DNA of 64,000 nt. It comes from an uncultured virus (IMG/VR IMGVR_UViG_3300032218_002295) (taxonomy: Duplodnaviria > Heunggongvirae > Uroviricota > Caudoviricetes). The notes under the pieces are model-generated. The model made no database searches, was not told the DNA's origin, and was given only the letters and a program-made list of their open reading frames with translations. Made by a program: the position numbers and the translations under genes. The DNA lies in the IMG/VR virus record IMGVR_UViG_3300032218_002295. One strand, written 5' to 3'. This document shows, piece by piece, positions 29,703-39,155 of the stretch (positions are counted from its first letter, which is position 1; each line of letters opens with the position of its first letter).

Positions 29703-31322
29703 ATGTCATTTACGGGGACTCTTTTACCGTATCAGGTTGAGGCTGTAGACGCTATGGCCGCTCGTAGGAAGATGCTTGTTGCCTATGACCTGGGATTGGG
29801 TAAAACAGTTTTGACTATTGCTGCTTTAGAGCGTTTACGAGATGATAAGAAAATTACAGAGCCAGGCATTATAATCTGCCTTTCTTCACTGAAGTATCAG
29901 TGGGCTTCGCAGATTGGGAAATTTACAGATGAGTCTAGAAACGTTTTGGTCATTGACGGTACGCCAAAACAACGAGCTGAACAATACGCCCAAGCAATCG
30001 ATTGGGGTCATTCCCTCGTTGATTACGTCATTATCAACTATGAGCAGGTTGTTAACGACTGGGACTATGTACAACAACTCCCCCGAGGATTCATCGTCAC
30101 AGACGAAGCAACCGCAATAAAAAGCTTTAGATCTAAGAGATCTAAATATGTAAAGAAACTAGATAGTCCCGTTAGATTTGCATTAACAGGTACCCCGATA
30201 GAGAACGGTAAACCAGAAGAACTGTATTCAATTATGCAGTTTGTTGATCCTAAAGTTCTTGGACGATTTGATCTTTTTGACAGTACTTTTATTATTAGGA
30301 ATAAATTTGGTGGCGTAGAGCGTTATAGAAACCTACCTCTATTAAATAAAACCCTTTCTTCAGCCTGCGTAAGAAAAAAGCAATCTGATCCAGATGTAGC
30401 GCCGTACCTTCCAGAGACTATATCGTCTGAGCCAATTTATGTTCCATTTGATAGGGCTAGCTTAAAAGTGTATTCACATATTGTTAGGGATCTTCTTCTA
30501 AACTTAGAGGAAGCACTAGAAACTTTTGGCTCTTCTTTTGATCTTTTTTCGCACTATGGTCAGGTAAGCGATCAGGGTGGAATGATGGATGAGCTTAGGG
30601 GGTTAATAATGTCTAAGATGACTTGTTTACGCCTACTTTGCGATGATCCTCAATTACTTAGGTTAAGTGCAGAGAAATTTGAGAATGGTATGGTTACCGT
30701 TGATGGAAATACAATTAATATACCGGGATTTCACGGCGGTTCCGGATACGCTTCTGAATTAAAAACGTTAGGTTTACTAGACAGTTTAAAATCAAGCCCT
30801 AAATTACAAGTACTAAAAGAATACGTTGATGATTTTTTATCTCAATATGAAGGAAATAAAGTTGTAATTTTTTCTAGTTTTGTAGGTATGACTAAGATCA
30901 TACAAGACGCACTGCCGTATGACTCTGTGACATACACCGGCCAACTTAATGCAAAGCAAAAAGAGATAGCAAAAGTTAAATTTCAGACGGATCCCGAATG
31001 TCGTTTATTTATATCGTCAGATGCTGGGGGATATGGTGTAGACTTGCCTCAAGCTAACCTACTGATTAACTATGATCTGCCCTGGAATGCCGGGTTAGCA
31101 GTTCAGCGTAACGGTCGGATTAAGCGAGCTTCCAGTTCTTGGGAGCGTATCGTAATACAAGACATACTGATGGAAAACTCATTGGAACAGCGTCAACGTG
31201 AGATGCTGCTGCAGAAGTCTGCTATAGCTGATGCCGTCCTAGACGGCGAGGGTATAAATGATAAAGGGGGCGTAAACCTCACTGTAGGAACTTTGAGGAC
31301 ATTTCTTCAAGCAAGGAGTTAA
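29703..31322 (+). CDS. SNF2-family helicase
   Basis: DLGLGKT, DEA, LTGTPIEN, GGYGVDL, QRNGRIKR. Confidence 0.92.
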   Translation: MSFTGTLLPYQVEAVDAMAARRKMLVAYDLGLGKTVLTIAALERLRDDKKITEPGIIICLSSLKYQWASQIGKFTDESRNVLVIDGTPKQRAEQYAQAIDWGHSLVDYVIINYEQVVNDWDYVQQLPRGFIVTDEATAIKSFRSKRSKYVKKLDSPVRFALTGTPIENGKPEELYSIMQFVDPKVLGRFDLFDSTFIIRNKFGGVERYRNLPLLNKTLSSACVRKKQSDPDVAPYLPETISSEPIYVPFDRASLKVYSHIVRDLLLNLEEALETFGSSFDLFSHYGQVSDQGGMMDELRGLIMSKMTCLRLLCDDPQLLRLSAEKFENGMVTVDGNTINIPGFHGGSGYASELKTLGLLDSLKSSPKLQVLKEYVDDFLSQYEGNKVVIFSSFVGMTKIIQDALPYDSVTYTGQLNAKQKEIAKVKFQTDPECRLFISSDAGGYGVDLPQANLLINYDLPWNAGLAVQRNGRIKRASSSWERIVIQDILMENSLEQRQREMLLQKSAIADAVLDGEGINDKGGVNLTVGTLRTFLQARS

Positions 31323-31326
31323 CTTG

Positions 31327-31470
31327 ATGCCCAACTCGCCTAAGACCCCTACCCGTACAATTCGTGTATCTACCGAACTCTGGAACGAGGTCAAGGCAAA
31401 GGCCGCGATCGATAAGCGTACGGTAACAGACGTAATAATTGAAGCTTTAAAGGAGTATGTCAAGAAATAG
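31327..31470 (+). CDS. Ribbon-helix-helix DNA-binding protein (47 aa)
   Basis: Read by hand: MPNSPKTPTRTIRVSTELWNEVKAKA...TVTDVIIEALKEYV; AAGGAG SD. Confidence 0.8.
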   Translation: MPNSPKTPTRTIRVSTELWNEVKAKAAIDKRTVTDVIIEALKEYVKK

Positions 31471-31490
31471 CCCTCCAAGACACTCCAGCC

Positions 31491-31520
31491 AAACCCCCGG
31501 TTTTGACTCCCGGGGGTTTT
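31491..31520 (+). terminator. Intrinsic terminator, overlapping a downstream promoter
   Basis: aaacccccgg...ccgggggtttt; TTGACT in loop and TAGTGT at 31525-31530. Confidence 0.75.
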
Positions 31521-31558
31521 GTGCTAGTGTGGGGTTATACCTTTAAAGGAGGGTAACT

Positions 31559-31996
31559 ATGCCACGTATATCACCGGCTTCACGTACTGTTTCAAACAAC
31601 CCAATCATTTTAAAAGTACGTGAATATTTAACATATAAAAAGCGCATTGATGACATGACTAAATCTCAATCAGCTATTAAAAATGAGTTGATGGAGGTTG
31701 TAGAAGAACATGGAGTAGAAGACGATAAAGGTCACGTATGGTTCGAACTTCCAGAAGAAGTTGATGGATACGTTTCATTACAACGTCAACGCCGCGTATC
31801 ACAAAAGTTAGACATGGATGCTGCAGTAGCTATCCTTGCTACTAAGGGACTCGCTGATCGATGCATTAAAACAATCCCAACTGTTGATGAGGATGAAGTT
31901 ATGGCCTGTCTTTATGAGGGCAAATTATCTGAAAAAGATATTGATGAAATGTTCCCTAAAACAATCACCTGGGCATTTGTCCCAAGTAAGAAGTAA
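31559..31996 (+). CDS. Hypothetical coiled-coil protein (Gam/gp157-like region of replication module)
   Basis: AAGGAGG SD; N-terminal coiled coil. Confidence 0.55.
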   Translation: MPRISPASRTVSNNPIILKVREYLTYKKRIDDMTKSQSAIKNELMEVVEEHGVEDDKGHVWFELPEEVDGYVSLQRQRRVSQKLDMDAAVAILATKGLADRCIKTIPTVDEDEVMACLYEGKLSEKDIDEMFPKTITWAFVPSKK

Positions 31997-32007
31997 GTAG
32001 GGTTTAA

Positions 32008-32469
32008 ATGGAAGACAAGATTGACGAACTATTTAGGGGGCTTGGGGATTACTACCCAGGATCTAAACGCAAACGTCGATCTGTTGAGCCTGCAAAAAAG
32101 AAAAAAATTGACAAGGAAAACTGGGAAGAAAAACCCCAAGTAAAAGCGTTACCTAACGGTAAGACTGTAGAGCTCTATCCTGCTGGAGCTCTATCGCTTG
32201 CACTTGGTCGCCCACTTGTTACAATAAGACTATGGGAACGCAAGGGGTATATTCCTCGAGCACCATATAGACTTAAATCTATAATTGTTGACGGCAAGAA
32301 GAAGCCGGGCTGGCGTATGTACAGTCGTGCTATAATTGAGTCGACAATAAAAAGCTTTCAGTCTCGGGGACTTCTTGAAGCCCCTAGGATTGATTGGAAT
32401 CGATATCCAGATCTTTCAATAGAATTATTGGAGAACTGGAAGAAGATTCATACAGAAGAAACTAACTAA
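32008..32469 (+). CDS. MerR-like HTH DNA-binding protein
   Basis: GALSLALGRPLVTIRLWERKGYIP...RMYS. Confidence 0.75.
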   Translation: MEDKIDELFRGLGDYYPGSKRKRRSVEPAKKKKIDKENWEEKPQVKALPNGKTVELYPAGALSLALGRPLVTIRLWERKGYIPRAPYRLKSIIVDGKKKPGWRMYSRAIIESTIKSFQSRGLLEAPRIDWNRYPDLSIELLENWKKIHTEETN

Positions 32470-32507
32470 TAATACCTATGGCTAATGGCTAAGAAAGGCA
32501 GTCTTAA

Positions 32508-33218
32508 ATGACTCCAGATACAACAATCCGCAAGGCACCAAACGTAGATAACTATCTAGGTGCACCAGTAACAACTCCAGTAATCGAAGACGTTGAAGAA
32601 GATCTGTTCCAAGAAGATAGTGAACTAGATTTTCCAGATCGTTCTTCCGTAATTCAAACAGGTTGGGCAGCAGCAAAGAAAGCTGTTTCAGAAGCCAGTA
32701 AAGGCTTTACAACCGATTTTCGTTTTGATGAAGACGTTCAACTCATCAAATTCCTTTCAGCAGAACCAATGAGCTTCCTACAACACTGGGTAAATCGTCC
32801 AGGTAAGAAGTCTTTTGTTGGCTGGGAAAATGACCCACTATCTCGCGTAGGTAATAAGCCTGAGCGTAAGTTTGCTTTCACCGTTGTTAATCTTTCAGAT
32901 GAACAGGCGCAAGTACAACTTATGACTGTAGGTGTACGCCTTTGTGGTCAACTTGAGAAGTTGAATGCAGATAAAAAGACCGGACCACTTGATCGTCCAG
33001 ATATTTACTGGGCTGTAAGTAAGTCAGGTCAAGGCACTAAGACCTCCTACTCAATCGTTCCTGTTAAGGAGCGCGACTTGGCAGAGGACTGGGATTTGGA
33101 TCCTGCTCAACTGTCCGGTATTATTTCTCAGATGAAGCCACTGGGACCTGATGCATTACGCATGTCGTCTACGGCTGAGCTTGATGAAATTGCGAGAGAA
33201 ATCCTGGCTGGCCAGTAA
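32508..33218 (+). CDS. Probable single-stranded DNA-binding protein
   Basis: IKFL..EP..F.QHW and SKSGQGTKTSY motifs as in gp32-like SSBs; upstream of polA. Confidence 0.65.
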   Translation: MTPDTTIRKAPNVDNYLGAPVTTPVIEDVEEDLFQEDSELDFPDRSSVIQTGWAAAKKAVSEASKGFTTDFRFDEDVQLIKFLSAEPMSFLQHWVNRPGKKSFVGWENDPLSRVGNKPERKFAFTVVNLSDEQAQVQLMTVGVRLCGQLEKLNADKKTGPLDRPDIYWAVSKSGQGTKTSYSIVPVKERDLAEDWDLDPAQLSGIISQMKPLGPDALRMSSTAELDEIAREILAGQ

Positions 33219-33227
33219 TTCTCTCTC

Positions 33228-33299
33228 GGTCGGAGGAGTCTGTGGTTTTACCTCCTTTCTAACAGGCTCCTCTGACCACCACCTAAGGAGGGTAGTATG
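33228..33299 (+). promoter_or_regulatory. Structured RNA leader of polA: 16-bp stem with anti-SD loop
   Basis: 33228-33243 pairs with 33262-33277 (two G-U); loop contains ACCTCCTTTCT; SD AAGGAGG at 33285-33291. Confidence 0.7.
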
Positions 33300-35276
33300 A
33301 ATATAATTTTAGATAAAAAGGAACTGGATGCTCTTGTTGAGTATTACAGTAAGCAAGACGCGTTTGCTTTTGACGTGGAAACAATGGGGGATCACAGAGG
33401 TGATCCTCGTCAAAATAAAGTAGTTTGGATTGCACTTGCAACAGTTAATAGAGTCGATGTTATCCCTATGGGCCACCCTAATGGTGAGTATTTACATACT
33501 GACTTTCCTCTCCTCGCTTCTGGAGTTACTAGAAGAGAAAAAGGCTTAGAACTTCGTCCACAGGATTATAGTAAGGATGACCGTAAGGCTACCAAGGTAT
33601 TTGGCCCAGCTCCAGAACAACTTACCCCGGGAGAAGTTTTCTCTGCCCTTAAGCCTTTACTTAAGAGCGATAAGGTAAAGGTTGGGCATAACCTTAAGTT
33701 TGACTTACAGAGTGTTGCTAAGTACATCAAAGAACTTCCAGCCGTACCATATTTTTGTACCCTAAATGCTGCCTTTGTATTAGACAATCGAAATAGAATC
33801 TCTTTAGGTTTAGATGATTGTTTAAAGCGTGAGTTTGGTTATGAAATGGTTAAGGGTGTTGGTAAAGAAATTGAAGTCTACTCATTTCAAGAGGTTGCAA
33901 CGTATGCAGCCTTAGATGCCGAGTGGACTTGGAAGCTTTATGAGGCTTATTCAGAGAAGCTTGACGCTGATGAGGTAAAGTCAATCTTTAACCTGGAGAT
34001 GGATGTTCTCGAGGTTATTTGTCGCATGGAGTTGCGTGGTGCCGATATTGACGTTAATCAATTAATTCAGTTAAAAGATGATCTAGAAAACCAAATTGAA
34101 AATACCAAGGGTAAAATTTATGCTTTAGCAAAGCGTCCCTTCAATATTAACTCGGTACCAGAAAAACAAGAGATTTTATTTACTTCCAAGAAAGACGGCG
34201 GTAGAGGGATCAAACCAAAGATTATGACTCCCGCTGGAGAAAAGCGTTTAGCTACTCCAGGTTATGTTCCAACATCTAAAGATTTTTCAGTATCAGAACC
34301 TGCATTAAACATCTTCAGAGAAAAAGATGCTTTAGTTGCAGAACTACTTAAGTATTCAGACCTCAATAAGTTAATGACTACCTATGTAATTCCATACCTT
34401 GGTGGGGATATCACTCGCACCTTGGCAGGAAAATCAAAGATAGTTGCTAAAGAGAGTCTGATGTACAGAGGGCGTATTCATACAGACTTTGTACAGTACG
34501 GCGCAGATACCGGTCGTTTCTCAAGTAGAAATCCAAATCTGCAAAATGTTCCTGCCCCTCACACAGCAAACGGAAAGGCAATTAGAAACCTATTTGTTGC
34601 TCCGGATGGGTATAAGCTAGTAGTAGCTGACTACTCACAAATAGAACCCCGCATTATTGCTAGCTTTAGTGGGGATAGAACTATGGTTGCTGCGTATCAG
34701 AACGGCGAGGATATCTATACAACAATCGGTAACACGATGGGTGTAGATCGAAAAGCCGGTAAAGTTCTAGTACTATCTTTAGCCTACGGTGTTGGTCCAG
34801 ACAAGATTGCACGTGAGATTGACTGTTCCCTCACCGAGGCTAAAGAGCTACTAGATAACTTTACAAATAAGTTTCCAGCGGTAGGGCGATACAAACGCTT
34901 TGTTGTTTCCGACTGTCGGCGTAGGAGTCCAATACCTTACGTGAGTACTATATTGAAGCGTCGACGTTATTTACCAGACTTGCGCTCAAAAGATCAATAC
35001 CTACGTTCTAGAGCAGAACGTCAGGCTTTTAATACTGTAATTCAGGGTTCTGCAGCAGATCTTATTAAGGTGGCTATGGTTAGAGCTCAAGCTCTTATTC
35101 CTGATGGCGCTTATTTGATCCTTACCGTTCACGATGAACTGGTGACTGTTACCCCAGAGAACATGGCTGAAGAAACTATTGCGGCCATCAGAGAGGCTAT
35201 GGAAGGAATTCAAGCCCTGGCGGTACCTTTGATTGCAGATGTTAAACTAGTGGATAGATGGGGAGAGGCAAAGTAA
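33297..35276 (+). CDS. polA: Family A DNA polymerase (3'-5' exonuclease plus polymerase)
   Basis: FDVET, HNLKFD, YAALDA, TGRFSS.NPNLQN, DYSQIEPR, R..GK...YG, TVHDE. Confidence 0.95.
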   Translation: MNIILDKKELDALVEYYSKQDAFAFDVETMGDHRGDPRQNKVVWIALATVNRVDVIPMGHPNGEYLHTDFPLLASGVTRREKGLELRPQDYSKDDRKATKVFGPAPEQLTPGEVFSALKPLLKSDKVKVGHNLKFDLQSVAKYIKELPAVPYFCTLNAAFVLDNRNRISLGLDDCLKREFGYEMVKGVGKEIEVYSFQEVATYAALDAEWTWKLYEAYSEKLDADEVKSIFNLEMDVLEVICRMELRGADIDVNQLIQLKDDLENQIENTKGKIYALAKRPFNINSVPEKQEILFTSKKDGGRGIKPKIMTPAGEKRLATPGYVPTSKDFSVSEPALNIFREKDALVAELLKYSDLNKLMTTYVIPYLGGDITRTLAGKSKIVAKESLMYRGRIHTDFVQYGADTGRFSSRNPNLQNVPAPHTANGKAIRNLFVAPDGYKLVVADYSQIEPRIIASFSGDRTMVAAYQNGEDIYTTIGNTMGVDRKAGKVLVLSLAYGVGPDKIAREIDCSLTEAKELLDNFTNKFPAVGRYKRFVVSDCRRRSPIPYVSTILKRRRYLPDLRSKDQYLRSRAERQAFNTVIQGSAADLIKVAMVRAQALIPDGAYLILTVHDELVTVTPENMAEETIAAIREAMEGIQALAVPLIADVKLVDRWGEAK

Positions 35277-35713
35277 TGGGTTTATTTAGGAAAAAGCGTA
35301 AGATTCGTACAAAGATTATTGAACTGCGTATGCCCGTGTTAGTTCGTCAGGTAATTTACGACTCTGTCTTTGATGAATCAGAGGCTATTGCCGGAGAACT
35401 TGGTTTGCCCCCTATTTCGCAAGAAGTGTCTGAAATGGAAGAAAAAGCAAGCGAAGACCGCATTGGTAAGTTTGCTCCACTAATTCCTTTCATAGAGTCG
35501 CATTCCGATATTGCAGCACGAGTTGCTGCTTCAGCATATCAATTAGAGATGCTACAAGAACATCCGGAAGACGGCCCATTGATTGAAGAGGATATCGAGC
35601 ATATTATTGCTTTATTTAAAGTGGTATCTCTATCCTCCGCAATCTCCTGTATTTCAACCTTAATAAGTTTAGATCTATTAGAAACGGCGGTTAAAACCGA
35701 TGACGACGAATAA
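35276..35713 (+). CDS. Hypothetical protein
   Basis: Coupled TAATG start after polA. Confidence 0.6.
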   Translation: MGLFRKKRKIRTKIIELRMPVLVRQVIYDSVFDESEAIAGELGLPPISQEVSEMEEKASEDRIGKFAPLIPFIESHSDIAARVAASAYQLEMLQEHPEDGPLIEEDIEHIIALFKVVSLSSAISCISTLISLDLLETAVKTDDDE

Positions 35714-36098
35714 TTCAGATTGGTATGCAAGAAAGTTTGGCGCACCACGTCAACCAGACTCTTCACCTCAAACCGGTCCAACACGACCAACTGTTTATAC
35801 ACCACAGCCTCAACAACCTAATATTCGGGTAGGTTACGATCAAAATCAAGATCAACTTGTAACTAGGGCGCCTAGCTCTAGAGAAACGGAACTATGCCCC
35901 GGTTGTATGTCTGGTAATTACTTTGCCCCTCAAGGTACTCAGCGAAAGCGGTGCTATGATTGCGGATATCCTCTGGTACAAGCAGGTACTGGAGTGGGAG
36001 GAACTGGTGGTGCTGGAGAAGGTAGACCAATGCCAGCAAAACAACCAGCAATGGGAACAGGATTTAATCCAACAACAATCGTAGACAGGATCGGTTAA
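35700..36098 (+). CDS. Pro-rich zinc-ribbon protein
   Basis: CPGC.SGNY...RCYDCGYP. Confidence 0.65.
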   Translation: MTTNNSDWYARKFGAPRQPDSSPQTGPTRPTVYTPQPQQPNIRVGYDQNQDQLVTRAPSSRETELCPGCMSGNYFAPQGTQRKRCYDCGYPLVQAGTGVGGTGGAGEGRPMPAKQPAMGTGFNPTTIVDRIG

Positions 36099-37162
36099 TG
36101 ACAATGACAATTAATTCAGACGCACTAAAAGTTATGGCTCAAATCAATAAAAAGAACGGAGCCGGAACAGTTGTCTTTGCTAGTGAGGTAAATATTCCCA
36201 ATAGAATTACTACCGGATCTTTGACTCTTGATACTGTACTTGGCGGTGGATGGCCAATGAATCACTGGGTAGAAATTGTAGGGGAAGCTTCTCATGGTAA
36301 AACTGCCATTGCCCTAAAAACTATTGCAGCAAATCAACTTCGTAACCCAGACTTTACAGCGGTATGGGTAGCGGCTGAGCAGTTTGACTCTGGTTATGCA
36401 GAGATGTGTGGGGTAGATACCTCTCGAGTTTTAATTGTAGAAACTAATAGTATGGAGGACGCATTTGAAGCGGTCATTCAATTTATGGAGAGCAAAGCTG
36501 TTGACATGGTTGTGGTTGATTCCCTTCCTGCCTTGGTTCCTAATGCTGAAGATGAAAAAGCTATGGATGAATTCACTGTGGGTCGTGGCGCACTTATTAC
36601 CAATAAGTTCTTTAGAAAAGTATCGGGAGTTACAAAGCGACTGATGGATGGTTCTGAGCGACCTATCCTAGGCATCATGATCAATCAGTATCGTATGAAG
36701 ATTGGCGTAATGCACGGAGATCCTAGAACAACTCCGGGTGGTTTAGGCAAGGATTATGCCTACTCAATTCGTTGTGAAGTTAAGCGCGATGAGTGGCTTG
36801 ATGTTGGTACTGGAGAGAATAAACGCCGTGTAGGCCAAACTATTCGAGTACGCACCATTAAAAACAAGACTTTCCCACCTCAACAGACCGCTTATATGGA
36901 TTTTTACTTCTCAGAGGGTGGGGAAGTAGATCCAGGAGCCTACGATAGCGGCAAGGAAATTATTGCTATGTCTCTACTAAATGGGGTGGTTGAGCGCCGT
37001 GGCGGATGGCTGTATTATAATGATCGTAAATGGCAGGGTTCGATCAACCTTCTCAACTCTATTCGTGAAGAAATCGATCTCAAGGAAGACCTGACCAAAG
37101 CAGTCCTAGACTCGCTTAAGCATGGATCAGCAGTCCGAATTGAGGTAGGCGATGAAGAGTGA
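36098..37162 (+). CDS. recA: RecA recombinase
   Basis: TTGSLTLD..LGGGWP, GEASHGKT, VVVDS..ALVP, INQYRMKIGVMHGDP.TTPGG. Confidence 0.95.
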   Translation: MTMTINSDALKVMAQINKKNGAGTVVFASEVNIPNRITTGSLTLDTVLGGGWPMNHWVEIVGEASHGKTAIALKTIAANQLRNPDFTAVWVAAEQFDSGYAEMCGVDTSRVLIVETNSMEDAFEAVIQFMESKAVDMVVVDSLPALVPNAEDEKAMDEFTVGRGALITNKFFRKVSGVTKRLMDGSERPILGIMINQYRMKIGVMHGDPRTTPGGLGKDYAYSIRCEVKRDEWLDVGTGENKRRVGQTIRVRTIKNKTFPPQQTAYMDFYFSEGGEVDPGAYDSGKEIIAMSLLNGVVERRGGWLYYNDRKWQGSINLLNSIREEIDLKEDLTKAVLDSLKHGSAVRIEVGDEE

Positions 37163-37469
37163 GGGACAGAAACAGTCTCTAAAACACGAGAAGCGACTTG
37201 AAAAGACACTGGGAGGTAAGCGTAGTGCTGCTTCCGGTGCCTTCTGGTCTCGCAAAGGTGACGTTAGAACAGATGATTTATTAATTGAACACAAGTGGAC
37301 TGGAAAGAAAACTGTAACAATTAAATCAGAAGTTTTAAAAAAGATAACTAAAGAAGCAATTTTAGATAGCCGTACACCAGTACTGGGTATCCATCTCGAC
37401 GGTGATAACTACGTAATTTTGGCAGAGGAGGATTTTCTTGAACTACGTAACTACGTTAGAGGTGAATAA
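37152..37469 (+). CDS. Hjc-like PD-(D/E)XK Holliday junction resolvase
   Basis: E.RL...GG.R..ASGA...KGDV...LIEHK. Confidence 0.75.
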   Translation: MKSEGQKQSLKHEKRLEKTLGGKRSAASGAFWSRKGDVRTDDLLIEHKWTGKKTVTIKSEVLKKITKEAILDSRTPVLGIHLDGDNYVILAEEDFLELRNYVRGE

Positions 37470-37787
37470 TTGGAAGAGAACGACTCTCCGCCTTGGGCTT
37501 GGAGATATAAGGCCAAGTGCCGCGGCGAGGATACAGAAATGTTCTTCCCACCCAGAGATAAAGAACTCTACAAACCCATTGCTGATGCAGCTAAAGCTAT
37601 CTGTTATGGAAGAGATGGAAGACCTCCATGTCCGGTAAGAAAACAATGCTTAAAAGAGGCTATAGGAAACGATGAGCTTCACGGCATCTTTGGTGGCATG
37701 AGTCACCGAGAAAGAAATGCTTTAAAAAGAAAATATACCAAAAATGGTTATACCTTGGATGAATGGCTAGATGAAAAGAGTTTTTGA
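37470..37787 (+). CDS. whiB: Second WhiB-family transcription factor
   Basis: W..KAKCRG...FFP...AKAIC...CPVRKQCL...GIFGGMS.RER. Confidence 0.92.
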   Translation: MEENDSPPWAWRYKAKCRGEDTEMFFPPRDKELYKPIADAAKAICYGRDGRPPCPVRKQCLKEAIGNDELHGIFGGMSHRERNALKRKYTKNGYTLDEWLDEKSF

Positions 37788-38665
37788 TGGAAAACAAAGC
37801 AGTCTCAAGTATCAAGTTAAAAAACTATTTAGATACTAAGAAACGTGATAGCCGTCTCATGGGCAGTATTGAGCGGCACATTCTATCAAAACCTTTTGAA
37901 GAACGCAATCAGAAAGTTCTTCATCCTTCTGATATTATTAAGCCAGAGTGGTGTGCTCTCGCAGCCTATCACGCGCTTAATGGAAACTATGTAGAGACGC
38001 GAGAGCGCCCTACTCTACGTCTACAGTCTATTTTTGATACCGGCCACGGAGCTCACGCTAAGTGGCAGGGTTATCTACGTGAAATGGGTGTTCTTTACGG
38101 CAAGTGGTACAGCCATAAAAATAAAGACTATACCTGGGCAACCTCTAAAGATGTTAGGGGAATAACTACTCGAGATTTAGAGTACCAAGAAGTACCCCTC
38201 CACAGTGCAAAACACATGATCTCTGGCCATTCAGACGGTTGGGTAAAGGGATTGGGTGAAGACTTCTTAATTGAAATTAAAACAATCGGTGCAGGAACAA
38301 TTCGTATGGAAGCACCGGGTCTTTTCTCTGGTGGACAAGATGTAGAGTCTGCTTGGAGAAATATTCGCCAACCATTTTCTACTCACATTCTTCAAGGACA
38401 GGTATACCTACACTTAGCTCACCTCATGGTTGAGGCAGGAGATCTTCCTAGCGCACCAAATGAAATTGTTTTTATTTATGAACTTAAAGCAAACCAAGAC
38501 TATAAAGAATTTACAGTTGCTTATGAACCTAAGCATTCTGCCCGTTTCTTTGAGAATGCCCTCGATGTAGCATGGGCTGTAGAGAACAAGCGACCTCCAG
38601 TATGTACTGTGGATCCTGTGCTAGGATGTACTCGTTGCAAACCATTTAGGGGGGAAAATGCCTAA
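37784..38665 (+). CDS. Cas4-like PD-(D/E)XK exonuclease
   Basis: HPS....WC, G..DG, IEIKT, Q.QVY, C-terminal C..GCTRC. Confidence 0.8.
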   Translation: MMENKAVSSIKLKNYLDTKKRDSRLMGSIERHILSKPFEERNQKVLHPSDIIKPEWCALAAYHALNGNYVETRERPTLRLQSIFDTGHGAHAKWQGYLREMGVLYGKWYSHKNKDYTWATSKDVRGITTRDLEYQEVPLHSAKHMISGHSDGWVKGLGEDFLIEIKTIGAGTIRMEAPGLFSGGQDVESAWRNIRQPFSTHILQGQVYLHLAHLMVEAGDLPSAPNEIVFIYELKANQDYKEFTVAYEPKHSARFFENALDVAWAVENKRPPVCTVDPVLGCTRCKPFRGENA

Positions 38666-39155
38666 GACAATGAGTATTAGCACCAGTGTTTTAAAGTCTT
38701 TAAGTGAACTGGGATTCACTCTATCTCCAAAGCCAGGATACGATATTCCAATTCTTCCATTAGATATTACAGAGCTAGATGACGAAGCTCTTATGGAACT
38801 GTTTGTAAAGTTTACTCAGTGGAATGATCATTTATCTGGAGCTAGAGCTATTGCGGCCATTAATGAACGAGAGGCTGAGAGAGCCCTCAATGTTGCAGAA
38901 GCAAACGCAATGCTACAGAACTGGACTGGAGCAAAGGGTGGGGATAGAATAACCATTATCAAAGCCCACATTGCAACATCCCCTATAGTTGCTGAGCTTC
39001 ACGATGACTACAACACGAAGTATGCTTTTAGAAAGTTGATTGAAACTAGGGCTGAAAATGTTGAGAGAGATTCACAATTGGTGTCTAGAGAGCTTACCCG
39101 TAGAACTTCAGATATGGGAGGAATGCGTAGTAGAACTAGAAAGTTTACTACGTGA
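38658..39155 (+). CDS. Helical hypothetical protein (possibly UvsY-like recombination mediator)
   Basis: All-helical; ends SRELTRR; located in recombination cluster. Confidence 0.45.
   Translation: MPKTMSISTSVLKSLSELGFTLSPKPGYDIPILPLDITELDDEALMELFVKFTQWNDHLSGARAIAAINEREAERALNVAEANAMLQNWTGAKGGDRITIIKAHIATSPIVAELHDDYNTKYAFRKLIETRAENVERDSQLVSRELTRRTSDMGGMRSRTRKFTT

Noticed and set aside
33250..33261. rRNA gene fragment
   Set aside because: Only about 11 nt match the 16S 3' end; treated as a regulatory element
37784..38665. CRISPR-Cas locus
   Set aside because: Cas4-like gene only; no repeat-spacer array or other cas genes seen
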